Assembly (NCBI GenBank): GCA_963702235.1
Contig: CAVPBZ010000018.1
Coordinates: 1,198,466 to 1,262,465, forward strand
Direction: 5' to 3'
Source of the DNA: an uncultured Actinomycetes bacterium
GTDB taxonomy: Bacteria; Actinomycetota; Actinomycetes; Streptosporangiales; Streptosporangiaceae
DNA: 64,000 nt
The first letter of the stretch is position 1; every line of letters starts with the position of its first letter. The position numbers and the translations under genes are program-made. The notes under the pieces were generated by a model. The model ran no database searches, was not told the origin of the DNA, and worked only from the letters and a program-made list of their open reading frames with translations. Positions 44,036 through 54,610 of the stretch are shown one piece after another.

Positions 44036-46519
44036 GTGCGCGGGACTGAATGCCCTATGGGAGCCGTGTGGCTGCGTCTGCGCGCCGAACTGCGCCAGCA
44101 GTGGCGGGGGCGGCTTGCCCTGGCCGTGTTGATCGGCCTGATCGGCGGCATCGCGCTGACGGCCGCGGCCGGCGCCCGGCGCACCGATACCGCCTACCCT
44201 CGCTTCCTGCGCGCGAGCCATGCCGCTGACCTGCTGGTGACCCCCGCGCGGTCCGGGTTTCACGGTTACTTCCGCGCCCTTGCGCGCCTGCCCGAGGTGT
44301 CCTCGCTCGCTCCGGCGATGTTCTTGCAGATGTCCTTGCCCGGCCCGGGTGCCTCGCCCTTCTCGGGCATGGTGGCCCAGGCCAGCCCCTTCGGCGGCGA
44401 AGGCATTTCGGTCGACCGGGTCAAGGTCGCCGCCGGCCGCATCTTCAACCCGGCGGACCCTCGCGCGGTCATGATCAACCAGCAGCTGGCGGCCCGGGCG
44501 CACCTGCGCCCCGGCGGCACGCTGCACCTGATCGGGTACCCGCAGCGGGGCCCGCGCCCCGACATCGCCCATGCGGTGCGGCTGGCGTTCCGGGTGTCGG
44601 CGGTCGTGGTCTTTGACAACCAGATCATGTCAGCCGCCAGGGAACGCCCGCAGCCGTGGCTGCTGCTGAGCCAGGCCTTCGCCCGCACCCGGCAGGCAGC
44701 GTCGTTCAATCCGGCTGGCGGTAGCGCCAGCGTGCTGCTGCGGCCCGGCGCCGACGCCGCCGCGTTCGCCCGCGGGGCCACTGCCCTCGCGGCGCGTTAC
44801 CGGGTGGGGAAGGCCGAAGTCATCAACATGGCCACCGGCCACGCGGCGGCCGAGCGGGCCATCCGGCCGCAAGCCGCCGCGCTGGCGGCGTTCGCTGCGC
44901 TCACGGGCCTGATCGCCCTGGTCATCATCGGCCAGCTGCTCAGCCGCCAACTCGCCCTCGACTCGGCGGAATCCCCGATCCTGCGCGCCCTCGGCATGAG
45001 CCGGTCCTGCCTTGCCGCACTATCGCTGGCCAGGGCGGCCATGGTGACCATGACCGGGGCCGCCGCCGCGGTGGGGGTGGCCATCGCGGCATCCCCGCTG
45101 ATGCCCGTCGGGCCTGCCCGGGCCGCCGAGCCCAGCCCCGGAGTAGAGGTCAACCTGGCCATCCTCGGCGCCGGGTTCGCCGTCATCGCCGCCGCGCCGC
45201 TGCTGGTGGTGGCACCCGCGGTGGTGCGAGCAGCCAGCCGGGCCCAGGGCGCGCTCGGGCTGGCCGAGCTGCCCGCGCCAGCGCGGCCCTCCCGGCTGAG
45301 CCCGGCGCTCGGGCTGGCCGGCTCGGTGCCGGGCAGCCTGGGAGTACGGATGGCATTCGAACCCGGGCACGGGCGCACCGCGGTACCGGTGCGCAGCGCC
45401 CTCGTCGGCACCACCGTGGCGGTGGCGGCGGTCGTAGCGGCCATGGTCTTCGGCGCCAGCTTCCTCGGCCTGGTCGGCACGCCGCACCGGTACGGGCAGA
45501 ACTGGGCCCAGCAGCTGGACCTGCAAGTCGGGACGATGCCAGCCACACAGGGCGAGCACGTCCTGGCGCGGATCACCGGCTTGACCCAGTACGCAGGTGG
45601 CAACTACGGGCAGCTGAGCCTCGCTGCCCCCGGCAGCGGCAGCGGCACGGCGGTGCCCGCGATCGGCCTCGACCCGCTGCGCGGGAATGGGTTCCTGACC
45701 CTGCTCGCGGGCAGGGCCCCGGCCGGCCCTCGCGAGATCGCCCTCGGACAGCGCACCCTGCACGCGCTGGGCCTGCACCTCGGGCAGCAGGTCGAGGTCA
45801 GCGCGAACAGCCGGACATCTCAGATGCGGGTCGTGGGCGTGGCGGTCTTCGCGGCGTTCAGCGCGGGCGGCGGCAGCGCCACCGACCTGGGCACCGGCGC
45901 CGTAGTCTCGGCCTCCGCGCTGTCCCAGCCCAATCCCCCATTCTGTGCCAGGCCCGCGACCTGCTACAACTTCTTCCTCCTTAAGTACCAGCCGGGCACC
46001 GATCTGCAGGCCGCGGCCGCCCAGGTGATGAGGACCGTTACGCGCGCCGGGTGTCCCCGGGGCCTATGCCTGGTGACCACCGACCAGCGGCCCAGCGACA
46101 TCCAGAACTACACGGGAGTACGGGACACCCCGCTGATCCTCGGCGCCGTGCTCGCGCTGCTGGCGGTCGGGACACTCGCCCATGTGCTGCTCACCGCAGT
46201 GCGGCGGCGCCGACGCGACCTGGCGGTGCTCAAGACACTCGGACTGCTCCGGTCCCAGCTGCTCCGGGTGGTGTCCTGGCAGGCCAGCGCGCTGGCCGCG
46301 GCGGCCCTGCTCGTGGGCCTGCCGGCGGGCCTGCTGGCAGGCCGGTGGGCCTGGGCCCTGTTCGCAGGATCAGTCGGCGTCGCGGGCACCGCTGAGGTCC
46401 CCCTGCCGATCGTGCTGTTCGTCATCCCGGTGACGCTGCTTCTCGCCAGCCTGCTGGCCGCCGGCCCCGGATGGGCAGCCGCCCGGATCAAACCCGCCAT
46501 CACGCTACGGAACGAGTAA
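44036..46519 (+). CDS. FtsX-like ABC permease (two FtsX domains), no adjacent ATPase
   Basis: 827 aa. N-terminal LRAELRQQWRGRLALAVLIGLIGGIAL, with two 4-helix blocks separated by large loops. Confidence 0.75.
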   Translation: MRGTECPMGAVWLRLRAELRQQWRGRLALAVLIGLIGGIALTAAAGARRTDTAYPRFLRASHAADLLVTPARSGFHGYFRALARLPEVSSLAPAMFLQMSLPGPGASPFSGMVAQASPFGGEGISVDRVKVAAGRIFNPADPRAVMINQQLAARAHLRPGGTLHLIGYPQRGPRPDIAHAVRLAFRVSAVVVFDNQIMSAARERPQPWLLLSQAFARTRQAASFNPAGGSASVLLRPGADAAAFARGATALAARYRVGKAEVINMATGHAAAERAIRPQAAALAAFAALTGLIALVIIGQLLSRQLALDSAESPILRALGMSRSCLAALSLARAAMVTMTGAAAAVGVAIAASPLMPVGPARAAEPSPGVEVNLAILGAGFAVIAAAPLLVVAPAVVRAASRAQGALGLAELPAPARPSRLSPALGLAGSVPGSLGVRMAFEPGHGRTAVPVRSALVGTTVAVAAVVAAMVFGASFLGLVGTPHRYGQNWAQQLDLQVGTMPATQGEHVLARITGLTQYAGGNYGQLSLAAPGSGSGTAVPAIGLDPLRGNGFLTLLAGRAPAGPREIALGQRTLHALGLHLGQQVEVSANSRTSQMRVVGVAVFAAFSAGGGSATDLGTGAVVSASALSQPNPPFCARPATCYNFFLLKYQPGTDLQAAAAQVMRTVTRAGCPRGLCLVTTDQRPSDIQNYTGVRDTPLILGAVLALLAVGTLAHVLLTAVRRRRRDLAVLKTLGLLRSQLLRVVSWQASALAAAALLVGLPAGLLAGRWAWALFAGSVGVAGTAEVPLPIVLFVIPVTLLLASLLAAGPGWAAARIKPAITLRNE

Positions 46520-46756
46520 CACAGAACGCGGCGGAGGCACCAGCTGATAAGGGTCCAGCGAACATACGCACAGGCGAACTGACGAGGCTGGTCATCCTCC
46601 CCGAACCCGCACTCTCATGGCCGCAAGTCGCGTCCTCTGATCTGTGGCCGAGCGGGTGTAGATCGCATAGCACCCGCCGGTGATCTGGCCTGCGACCCCG
46701 CCTAGGTTTGACGTCCGTCAGATCGGCCGGGCTGCCTGGTTGGCTAGCGGGCGGTA

Positions 46757-49700
46757 GTGGGCACGCTTTCGCTGGCGTGGACCCAGATGAGACAGTCGTG
46801 CCACGAATCCCGGGCGGCGTCCTGGCACGCCCAATCGCGGCAGTGCTGGGAAATGCGCCGGTCGCACCGGGAGCTCCTCCGGGGCGCTGTGGCCAGCCAG
46901 GGCGGCGTGGAGGTGGACTCGGAGGGCGATGGGTTGTTCTTCGCGTTCGCTGGGGCCAAGTCGGCTGTCGCCGCTTGCATTGCCGGACAGCGAGCTCTGC
47001 TCACCGAGCCGTGGCCCTCTGACGTGACTGTCCGTGTGCGCATGCGTCTGCACACTGGTGAAGCAATACCAGTCGAGGGGAGGTATGTGGCACTGGCTGT
47101 TCACCAGGCTGCCCGGGTGGCCAGCGCGGCTCACGGCGGACAGGTCCTTGTATCGGACGCGACAGCCGCTGCGGTAACAGAAGCACTCCCAGCCTCCTCT
47201 TCGATGCAGCCACTGGGGATGTACCGCCTCAAAGACTTCGACACTCCGCTCATGCTGTTCCAGGTCTGTCATCCGGATCTGCCTCGGGATTTTGCCCCCC
47301 CGCGAGTGTCTCCGGCGGAGGTTCGTAACCTGCCCGCGAGTCTTAGCAGCTTTATCGGCAGGGAGCGAGAGATCGCCGAGGTCGAGGAGCTGCTGGTCGC
47401 TGGCCGTCTGGTTACGCTCACCGGTGCTGGCGGATGCGGTAAGACCCGCCTGGCCCTTGAAGTCGCCGCCCGGAAGCTCGACCTTTTCGCCGACGGGGTG
47501 TGGTTCGTCGACCTCGCTCCTCTGTCAGACCCGCAGCTGGTCGGCCAGACGGTGGCTCACGCCCTCGGTGCACGGGGGGAACCGGGACGGCCGGTGTTCG
47601 ACACCCTGGAGGGCTTTGTGGCCCACCGGGAGCTGCTGATCGTGGTCAACAACTGTGAGCACCTCATCCACGCCTGCACCGTCTTGGTCGAGCACCTGCT
47701 CAGGGCGGGGTCCGGTGTGCGTGTCCTGGCCACAAGCCGCGAAGTACTAGGTTTGCCGGGCGAGCGGGTCTGGCGAGTTCCTTCTCTCTCCCTTGCTGAT
47801 CAGGGCGCCTCACCCGACGTAGTCATGAGTTCCGAGTCGGCCCGGCTGTTCCTCGAGCGAGCGCGGGCGGTCCGCGCCGACCTGGTAGTCAGCGACGAGG
47901 ACGTCGCCGACCTAGCCGAGATCGTCTCCCGCCTCGACGGCATCCCTCTCGCCCTGGAGCTGGCGGCCGCCCGGGTCGGCATGCTGAGCCTGGCCCAAAT
48001 CGCCACCCGCCTCGATGGTCGTTTCGGCCTCCTCAGTCGTGGGCCCCGCACCGCCCTGCCCCGCCAGCAAACACTTGCTGGCGCCATCGACTGGAGCTAT
48101 GGCCTGCTCGGCGACCTCGAACGCACCCTGTTCCGCAGGCTCTCCATTTTCCCCGGCGGATTCAGCCTGGAGGCGGTGGAGGCGGTCACCACCGGCCCTG
48201 GCCTGGACCCCGGCGACATCCTGGACTTGCTCGCTAACCTGGCCGCAAAGTCGCTCGTCGTAGTCTCGGGCCAAGGCAGCATCCAGCGCTACCGGCTGCT
48301 GGAAACCATTCGCGCTTACGCAGCCGACAAACTCGGCGGCACTGGCGAACAGGCTGACCTGCGCGACCGGCACCTAGCATGGTTTTTGGATCTAGCCGAG
48401 CTGGCCGAGTCCCAACTCGCCGGGCCCGGTCGCGGCCGTCTCATGCAGGCCTTGGAGGCCGATCAAGAGAACTTCCGGCGCGCGCTGGATCACAGCGTCG
48501 AGACGGGCGCGGTCAACCATGGGCTGCGGCTCGCCGCCGCGCTGGCCCCGTTCTGGACATCGCATGGGAGCTGGAAGGAGGCATGCGATTATTTTGAGGA
48601 GCTTCTGCAGCTGGCCGCCGACGATGCGCCGCACCTCGGCAAAGCGCTAGTGGCTGCCGGCAACATGTTCATGCTGCGGGGCGACTACGCCAGGTCGAAG
48701 GTACTGCTCGAACGGGCGCACACCAATGCCGACACCGCCGGGGAGGCCAGGCATCCTGGCCCAGAGCCTTTCAGGTCTGGGCTATATCGCCTTCCGCAGA
48801 TCGCGTCGGGACGAGGCAGAGGCCGTGTGGACCGAGGCCCTGGACGCCGCCAGGAAGGCAGGCGACAGCCGGGTCTCCGCGACCGTGCTACGCAGCCTGG
48901 CAATCGCCGCTGGCGCACGGGGAGACCAGCAACGCTGTGCCCGCCTTCTTGAGGAGGGACTAGCCCTCGCCTCGAAGGGGCGCGACGAGCAACTGCGCCG
49001 CTTGCTGCTCAGCTCCGCGGCGGAGATGAACCTCTGGATGGGACGCTACGACCTTGCCCGGGACCAATACGCAGAAGCGTTGCAGCTTGCTGACGAGATC
49101 GGCGACCAATCGGGCCGGGCCTCGCTCCTTGCCGACCTTGGCTGGATCGGCTTCCTGCGCGGCGAGTACCACGAAGCCGAACGTGCGCGGCGGAGGCCAT
49201 TTCAATCGCCGCCGCCGCCGGCAACAAACGAGTCTGGGCTGGTGGACTCCGGCTCATGGGCGAGCTCTCCACATGCAGAGGCGCATATCACGAAGCCCAC
49301 CAGCTACTCGACCGGTCGCTCGAGCTCGCACGTCAGTTGGCCGCACCGGCCGAGATCGCGGGGGTCTTGTGCTCGCAGGCATGTTTGGCCCTTGATCAAA
49401 CAAGCTTCGAGGAGGCTACGCGGCTTGTCGAGGAGCTGCTGGCGCTCAAGCCACTGCTGCACACCATGCGACGGGTTAGCCACAGCTGGGTTCTAGGCGA
49501 AGTGGCGCGGGCGAATGGCGACATGGAACAGGCCCGGGCCCACTACCAGAGGGACCTCATTGAAGCGGAATCGTCACCATCTCCGCGTCTCGAGGCTCTC
49601 GCTCGTAAGGGCCTCGCGGATGTCGCCATCGCCGAGAGTGACCTTACCCAGGCCGCCGCCCTGAATGCGCGATCGTTGGCCTTGCGAGCCCAGATGGAGG

Positions 49701-49972
49701 ATCCACTTGGCATAGCCAATTCTCTGGAAGGTATGGCGGCCGTGGCGATCGCCGCAGACGGGTCCCGGAGGGCCGCCCGCCTGCTTGGTGCTGCCCAGGG
49801 ATTGCGTGCCAGGCTCGGCGCCGCATCCTCGCCACGCGAGCAGGGCGAGCTAAGCCCTACACGAACGGCGATCGCTGACAAGCTCGGCACCGATCTTGCC
49901 GAACAGGAGCTGTCCGCGGGCCAGCAATTGACGGTGGCCGAGGCCATCGACCTGGCCCTGGGCGAGAGCTAA
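46757..49972 (+). pseudogene. STAND-type regulator (degenerate class-III cyclase-homology domain + P-loop NTPase + TPR), two frameshifts
   Basis: The cyclase-like region SEGDGLFFAF...RMRLHTGEA...AARVASAAHGGQVLVS is followed by the P-loop LTGAGGCGKTRLA. The TPR-like tail continues in track ORFs 48726.. and 49256.. in other frames. Breaks are near 48739-48752 and 49180-49186. Confidence 0.7.
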
Positions 49973-49988
49973 TTGCCAGCCCATCAAC

Positions 49989-50810
49989 TCAGGACCTGCT
50001 GACCCCGCCGCCCGGCCGCGGCAAACCCCGTACCTCGATGCCACCGTCACAACTGACGACCACTCCCGTCGTTGCTCGGGCATTGGCCCGCGACGCGAGC
50101 TGTACGTAATGTCCGGTGTAGTCCTGTGGGGAAGGCAGGAACTGCAACGGCAACGCCGTCCGCGCGAGTTCGTCAATACCTGGCACCGATGACAACGTCT
50201 GCTGGCCGAGCCCGAGCGCCTGCGGTCCTCGAACATCGGTGAGCATTGGGCCCGGAGCAACACCGTTCACCCGAACACCGGGGGCCAGCTCGTAGGCCAG
50301 TTGCTTGACCAAGCCGACGACCGCGTGCTTGGAAGCCGTGTAGACGACGCCTCCCATGCCCGCATGAAACGATGACATCGATGCGGTCAGGATAATACAG
50401 CCGTCACACTTGAGCAGATGCGGAGCGGCCGCTTTGGCCCCGAGCAGGTAGGCCTTCACATTGACAGCAAACACCTCATCAAATGCGCGCCCCAGCGCAT
50501 CGGCAGGGCTTCCCGCAAGGTCCGCGAAGTAGTCGAAAATGCCTGCGTTACCGACAAAGATATCCAGCTTGCCGAACGCACGCACCGCTGTAGTCACTGC
50601 CCGTTCATTGTCAGCCATCGTGGTCACATCTCCGACAACGCCGACGACCGCCTCACCCAGCCGTTCCACCACCGCATCGACCCGCTCCTCGGATCGATCG
50701 AAAACCGCCACGTGCGCCCCTTCACTCACAAAGCGCTCCACCAGCGCCAAACCGAGCCCTGAACCACCACCCGTCACTAGCGCCGCATCACGCTCCAGCC
50801 ATCCCACCAT
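49989..50810 (-). CDS. short-chain dehydrogenase/reductase (cis-dihydrodiol dehydrogenase-like)
   Basis: TGGGSGLG cofactor motif, NAGI, and the YTASKHAV catalytic Y-x3-K. Confidence 0.85.
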   Translation of the reverse strand: MVGWLERDAALVTGGGSGLGLALVERFVSEGAHVAVFDRSEERVDAVVERLGEAVVGVVGDVTTMADNERAVTTAVRAFGKLDIFVGNAGIFDYFADLAGSPADALGRAFDEVFAVNVKAYLLGAKAAAPHLLKCDGCIILTASMSSFHAGMGGVVYTASKHAVVGLVKQLAYELAPGVRVNGVAPGPMLTDVRGPQALGLGQQTLSSVPGIDELARTALPLQFLPSPQDYTGHYVQLASRANARATTGVVVSCDGGIEVRGLPRPGGGVSRS

Positions 50811-50949
50811 TCAGTCCTCCCAGTCAACGTCGTCCCAGCTTGGACCGCCCGCAAGACGGAAGGCCAGCACGACCACGCGGTCTCGAAGGCAGAATAGCCA
50901 GGAGCCCGCTGAATCATGCTGACCCCAGACGACACGGATGCTCGACACC

Positions 50950-51365
50950 AAGTGGGCGATGCCCCAGAACGGCGCACCGTGATTCTCAACACGCGTGGGA
51001 CCTCGACAGCAACTCGCCATCACCGATGGCTCTGTTCGTGCCGGGCATTGCCGGCCCGGGTTACCGGCGTCAAGCCGCCCTCGCCACGATCGAGCTCGTT
51101 ACGGCCGTCGTGCGTGGAGGGTCTCCTGCCCGTCGGAGCCGCAGTCAATGCCGGTGCCGCCTACGTCGGCAACATCGGCGCTGATCGAGTGGTGGATTTC
51201 ACGGCTGATGCAGCTGTCACCCAGCCCCGATGCCGGTCGCACAGCGTAGCCGGTACTCCTGTGACAGGAGGGCGAAGAGCCGCTGCTCGGGGCGGCCAGG
51301 AGGGACACAGCGAGGCCGATTTCAGCCGCGCAGATCTGCTGTTCTGCCGCGCCGACGTTCGGTAA
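50950..51365 (+). pseudogene. possible relic of a class-III nucleotidyl cyclase domain
   Basis: Fragments sit in shifting frames: MALFVPGIAGPGYRRQAALATIELVTAV, then LPVGAAVNAGAAYVGNIGADRVVDFTA. No intact ORF. Confidence 0.3.
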
Positions 51366-51566
51366 GGATGTTATAGGCACCCGGACAGCCGGATCTAGCA
51401 GAACGCTTCGTTGATTGTACGTATTTAGATTCGCTCGGCAGTCCGCTAGCATTGGATCGGATTCAGCCTCGGGGCGGCACTGGTGCTAAGGGCGGCATAG
51501 TCAGTCTAGCTGCCGCTTCGTGCTACAGAGCCCAGTTGACCAGTCAGGTGACAGTGGGAGCCGGAC

Positions 51567-52097
51567 ATGAGCCTTGCCTCAATGGTAGACACCAAACTAG
51601 TCCTTCAACAAGCTAAGGACCAACATAGAGCTAGTCCTCAGCAGCCAGTAGGCGTTTCAACGAATATTGCTAATCAAATCACCCGGTGGATTCCCACCGA
51701 AACTATAACAGTCTATGTTGCGCTGCTCGCTCTAGTAGCGCCACTAGCCCCTCATTCTCCGTCTTTCACCAGTCGCTGGATACTTTTCGGGTTAATGACT
51801 GCAGCGAATCCGCTCGTCGTTGTTCTTCTAGTTATGGCGAAGAAGGAAGGCGGGGTCAAGTTCACGCTCCCTGTATTCGAGATTATCGTCGCATCGATCG
51901 CGTTCGCTGCGTGGGCTTTTGCCTTGCCGGATACACCACTCAGGTCCATCTCCGGCTACGGCATTAGGTGGAATGCAGCTATCCTTACGGTAACAACAAC
52001 AGCGATAACGCTCATTGCGAATGCACTACATAAATCCCCCGATTTCGATCAAGTAATGACGACGCAGCAGGGAGCAATCCCAAAGAGCCCAGCATAG
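51567..52097 (+). CDS. hypothetical 4-TM membrane protein on a low-GC islet
   Basis: 176 aa with four hydrophobic helices. A sampled 60-nt stretch is 45% GC, far below its neighbours, and many codons end in A/T. Confidence 0.6.
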   Translation: MSLASMVDTKLVLQQAKDQHRASPQQPVGVSTNIANQITRWIPTETITVYVALLALVAPLAPHSPSFTSRWILFGLMTAANPLVVVLLVMAKKEGGVKFTLPVFEIIVASIAFAAWAFALPDTPLRSISGYGIRWNAAILTVTTTAITLIANALHKSPDFDQVMTTQQGAIPKSPA

Positions 52098-52315
52098 AAA
52101 GAGGAGACAAGTCCAGTCACGCAAGTGGATAGGCAGTTATCCCACGGCCGCCGCGGTCCGGAGTCGCGAAACCTCAGCCTGCCGATCGCCAGGTGGGCTC
52201 GGGCCGCAGGTCGCTACTCCAGATGAACATCAGCATCGTGATCCGCCAACCGGCTTGCATGATTATGCGTAATCCGCTTGCACCCAGGATGTCCTCATCT
52301 GCCGCTGCGGGCGGT

Positions 52316-53059
52316 TCACGGAAGTTGCCTGAGTGGAGCTGTCGGCAGAGCGATCCAGCCCTCACTGCGGGCCGCTGCTTGCTGGCGCTCATCTGGCCAG
52401 GTGACCAGGTCCTTATGTGCCGCGCGGGCGGTGAGCGCGGCGATGACGGCGTCAGTGGCGTCGTGCGAGGCCCGGCATAGGCTCTCACAGGATCCTGGGT
52501 CCAGCCATGGGGCCGCCGCCAGGAGATCGTCGATCAGGGCATCTAGCGGCTGAGCGTTGCGGGGGTCCTTGTAGCCGCGGTGGGGCAGTCGCCAGCATTT
52601 CAGGGATGCTGCGGGATAGACCTCTACGATGACACCGCGGCCGCAGCGGTCAACTGGCTGGTCTTGGCGGGCCAGTTGCGCGAGCAGGCCGGCGCAGCGC
52701 ATCGCAGTGTGGCCGATCCGGTCAGCGGCGACGCTGAGCGGTATCAGGCCTGTTTCCGCGCGTACCACCTCGTCGGTCATCCGCCAGGCCAGCTGCCTGC
52801 GCCACTGCTGCCCGGTCAGGCCGCCTGGGATGGTCACCTGGCCGACCTGGTGATCGGCAACGAATGAGACGAAGGCGTTGGGCCAGCCCAGCGGGCAGTC
52901 GATGCCCACCTTGCCCGCCTGCGCGAGCACCGCGAGGAGCAGTTCGTCGTCGGCACCACGAATCACATCTGTGATCGCGGCTCCGTGAGTGCCCCAGTCA
53001 ATTAGTGCCAGCGCCGTCCCGGCCGGTTCCGCCGCAAGATCCACTCCGACAGTCAGCAC
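52316..53059 (-). CDS. DUF429-family protein (RNase-H-like fold)
   Basis: MLTVGVDLAAEPAGTALALIDW...VGIDCPLGWP, the DUF429 signature as I recall it. Confidence 0.65.
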   Translation of the reverse strand: MLTVGVDLAAEPAGTALALIDWGTHGAAITDVIRGADDELLLAVLAQAGKVGIDCPLGWPNAFVSFVADHQVGQVTIPGGLTGQQWRRQLAWRMTDEVVRAETGLIPLSVAADRIGHTAMRCAGLLAQLARQDQPVDRCGRGVIVEVYPAASLKCWRLPHRGYKDPRNAQPLDALIDDLLAAAPWLDPGSCESLCRASHDATDAVIAALTARAAHKDLVTWPDERQQAAARSEGWIALPTAPLRQLP

Positions 53060-53178
53060 TGACCCAGGCTATTCCGCCGGGCCATGCAAACATCCGGTCA
53101 TGCCGCCGGTCGTGCGTGGGTGATCGCATGGGCGGGCAGTGCCGTCTGGATTGCGGAGCGATGCGGTGTGACCCGTTG

Positions 53179-53574
53179 TCACGTGGTGGCTCCGGAGCTG
53201 GCCGGGTCCCTGGACAAGATGCAGAACTCGTTGCCCTCGGGATCGGCGAGCGTGATCCAGCCGCTGCCATCAGGCCGCCGGTGGTCGGCCAGCTGCGATG
53301 CCCCGAGCGCGAGGATCCGCTCGGTCTCCTGCTCGCGCGTGCGGTCCGCCGGTCGCAGGTCCAGATGGACCCGGTTCTTCACCGTCTTGCCGTCAGAGAC
53401 GGTGATGAACAACAGGAGCTGGCTCCGGTCTCGCGACATGACGAGGCATTCCTCGTGCTCTGGCTCGTTCGGGTCGTCAGGGTCTGGTATGAAGTCCAGA
53501 ACCTGAGACCAGAAGACTGACTGTGCGTAGGCGTCCCGGGCGTCAAACGAGGTGTGCGATATGCGGCTGGTCAT
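53179..53574 (-). CDS. VOC/glyoxalase-like domain protein
   Basis: ISHTSFDARDAYAQSVFWSQVL...NRVHLDL...ADPEGNEFCI. Confidence 0.65.
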   Translation of the reverse strand: MTSRISHTSFDARDAYAQSVFWSQVLDFIPDPDDPNEPEHEECLVMSRDRSQLLLFITVSDGKTVKNRVHLDLRPADRTREQETERILALGASQLADHRRPDGSGWITLADPEGNEFCILSRDPASSGATT

Positions 53575-53726
53575 GGCGGCAGCCTTGATTACCAGTGTGG
53601 AGCGGTCAAACGGTTTTCGCGGCTGCCAGCGCAGGCCACCGACACGGCCCGAGAGCACGCACGAGGTGGCAGCTTCAGCCCGCGAACTGCCGCGCTCTCA
53701 TCTGCCGCCGACAGAGTGAGGTCGGC

Positions 53727-54178
53727 TCATGCGGAGCGGTGTTCGCGGGCGTAGGCGTCGAGCCGCTTGAGTTCGTCCGCGTAGATGGCGCGCATCACCC
53801 GGGGCGCGAACACGCGCTCAAACAGGCCGCCGATCCCGCCGGCGCCGTCCCAGGTGGTGCAGATCCGCACTAGCGACGCACCGCCCCGCGGGGCGACCGT
53901 GGTCGTCGTCACCAGGCTGGAGCCGGTGTCCGACTCGGTCAGGACCCGGCCGGGCTCGGGCTCGGAGACCTTCATCTGGTACTCGCGGGTGCGCCCGCCC
54001 GTCGTCACCTTGAAGCGGGTGATCGTGCCCGTGCCCACCCCGCCGGCCTCGACTCGGAAATCTGAGAATGCCGGGGGGAGGAAATGTGGATGGTGCTCGC
54101 GCATGTCCGCGACATAGCGGTAGACCGTATCGGGGGCGCATCCACCGTGCCCTCAGCGGAGACCACAATTCTTGCCAT
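53727..54178 (-). pseudogene. SRPBCC (polyketide cyclase/START-like) protein, frameshifted as sequenced
   Basis: MARIVVSAEGTVDAPP (frame of track ORF 54005..54277) should continue DTVYRYVADMREHHPHFLPP... (frame of 53727..54104). The break is in the G5/C5 run at 54132-54136. Confidence 0.65.
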
Positions 54179-54205
54179 GCTGGCCTGTCTATCACGACGG
54201 GCGAG

Positions 54206-54224
54206 GCGCACTCTCATGCCGCTG
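54206..54224. repeat. 19-nt exact repeat, copy 1 (upstream of the SRPBCC gene)
   Basis: gcgcactctcatgccgctg, identical to 57665-57683. Confidence 0.8.
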
Positions 54225-54610
54225 CGGGGCACCTGGCTGTCGATCGGCGAAGGTATCACGGGACTCCTCAAACACACCCGCCGCGAGTAACCTCTCGGGG
54301 TGGCTGATCTCTCTGATTACCTGGGCCTGACGATGGGCCCGGCGCGCGAGCGGTTTCGGGGCGATCCGGATCCGCCCGCATGACGTGGAGCTGGATTGGG
54401 ACGATTGCGACCAGCTCTATGTACTACATACGGCAGGATCATACGATGCCGTATCCCCGCCATGACGTCCTCCGGTGGCTGCTCGTCCCTCTCTGGCACT
54501 CTTGATCGTTCTCTGATGAAGGCGGCGAGTCGTTCCACGCTCCACGTGTCGCAGACCAGTTGGCGGACGACCGGATCTCCGCTAGTCGAAGTGCGACATG
54601 TGGCGGGGAA

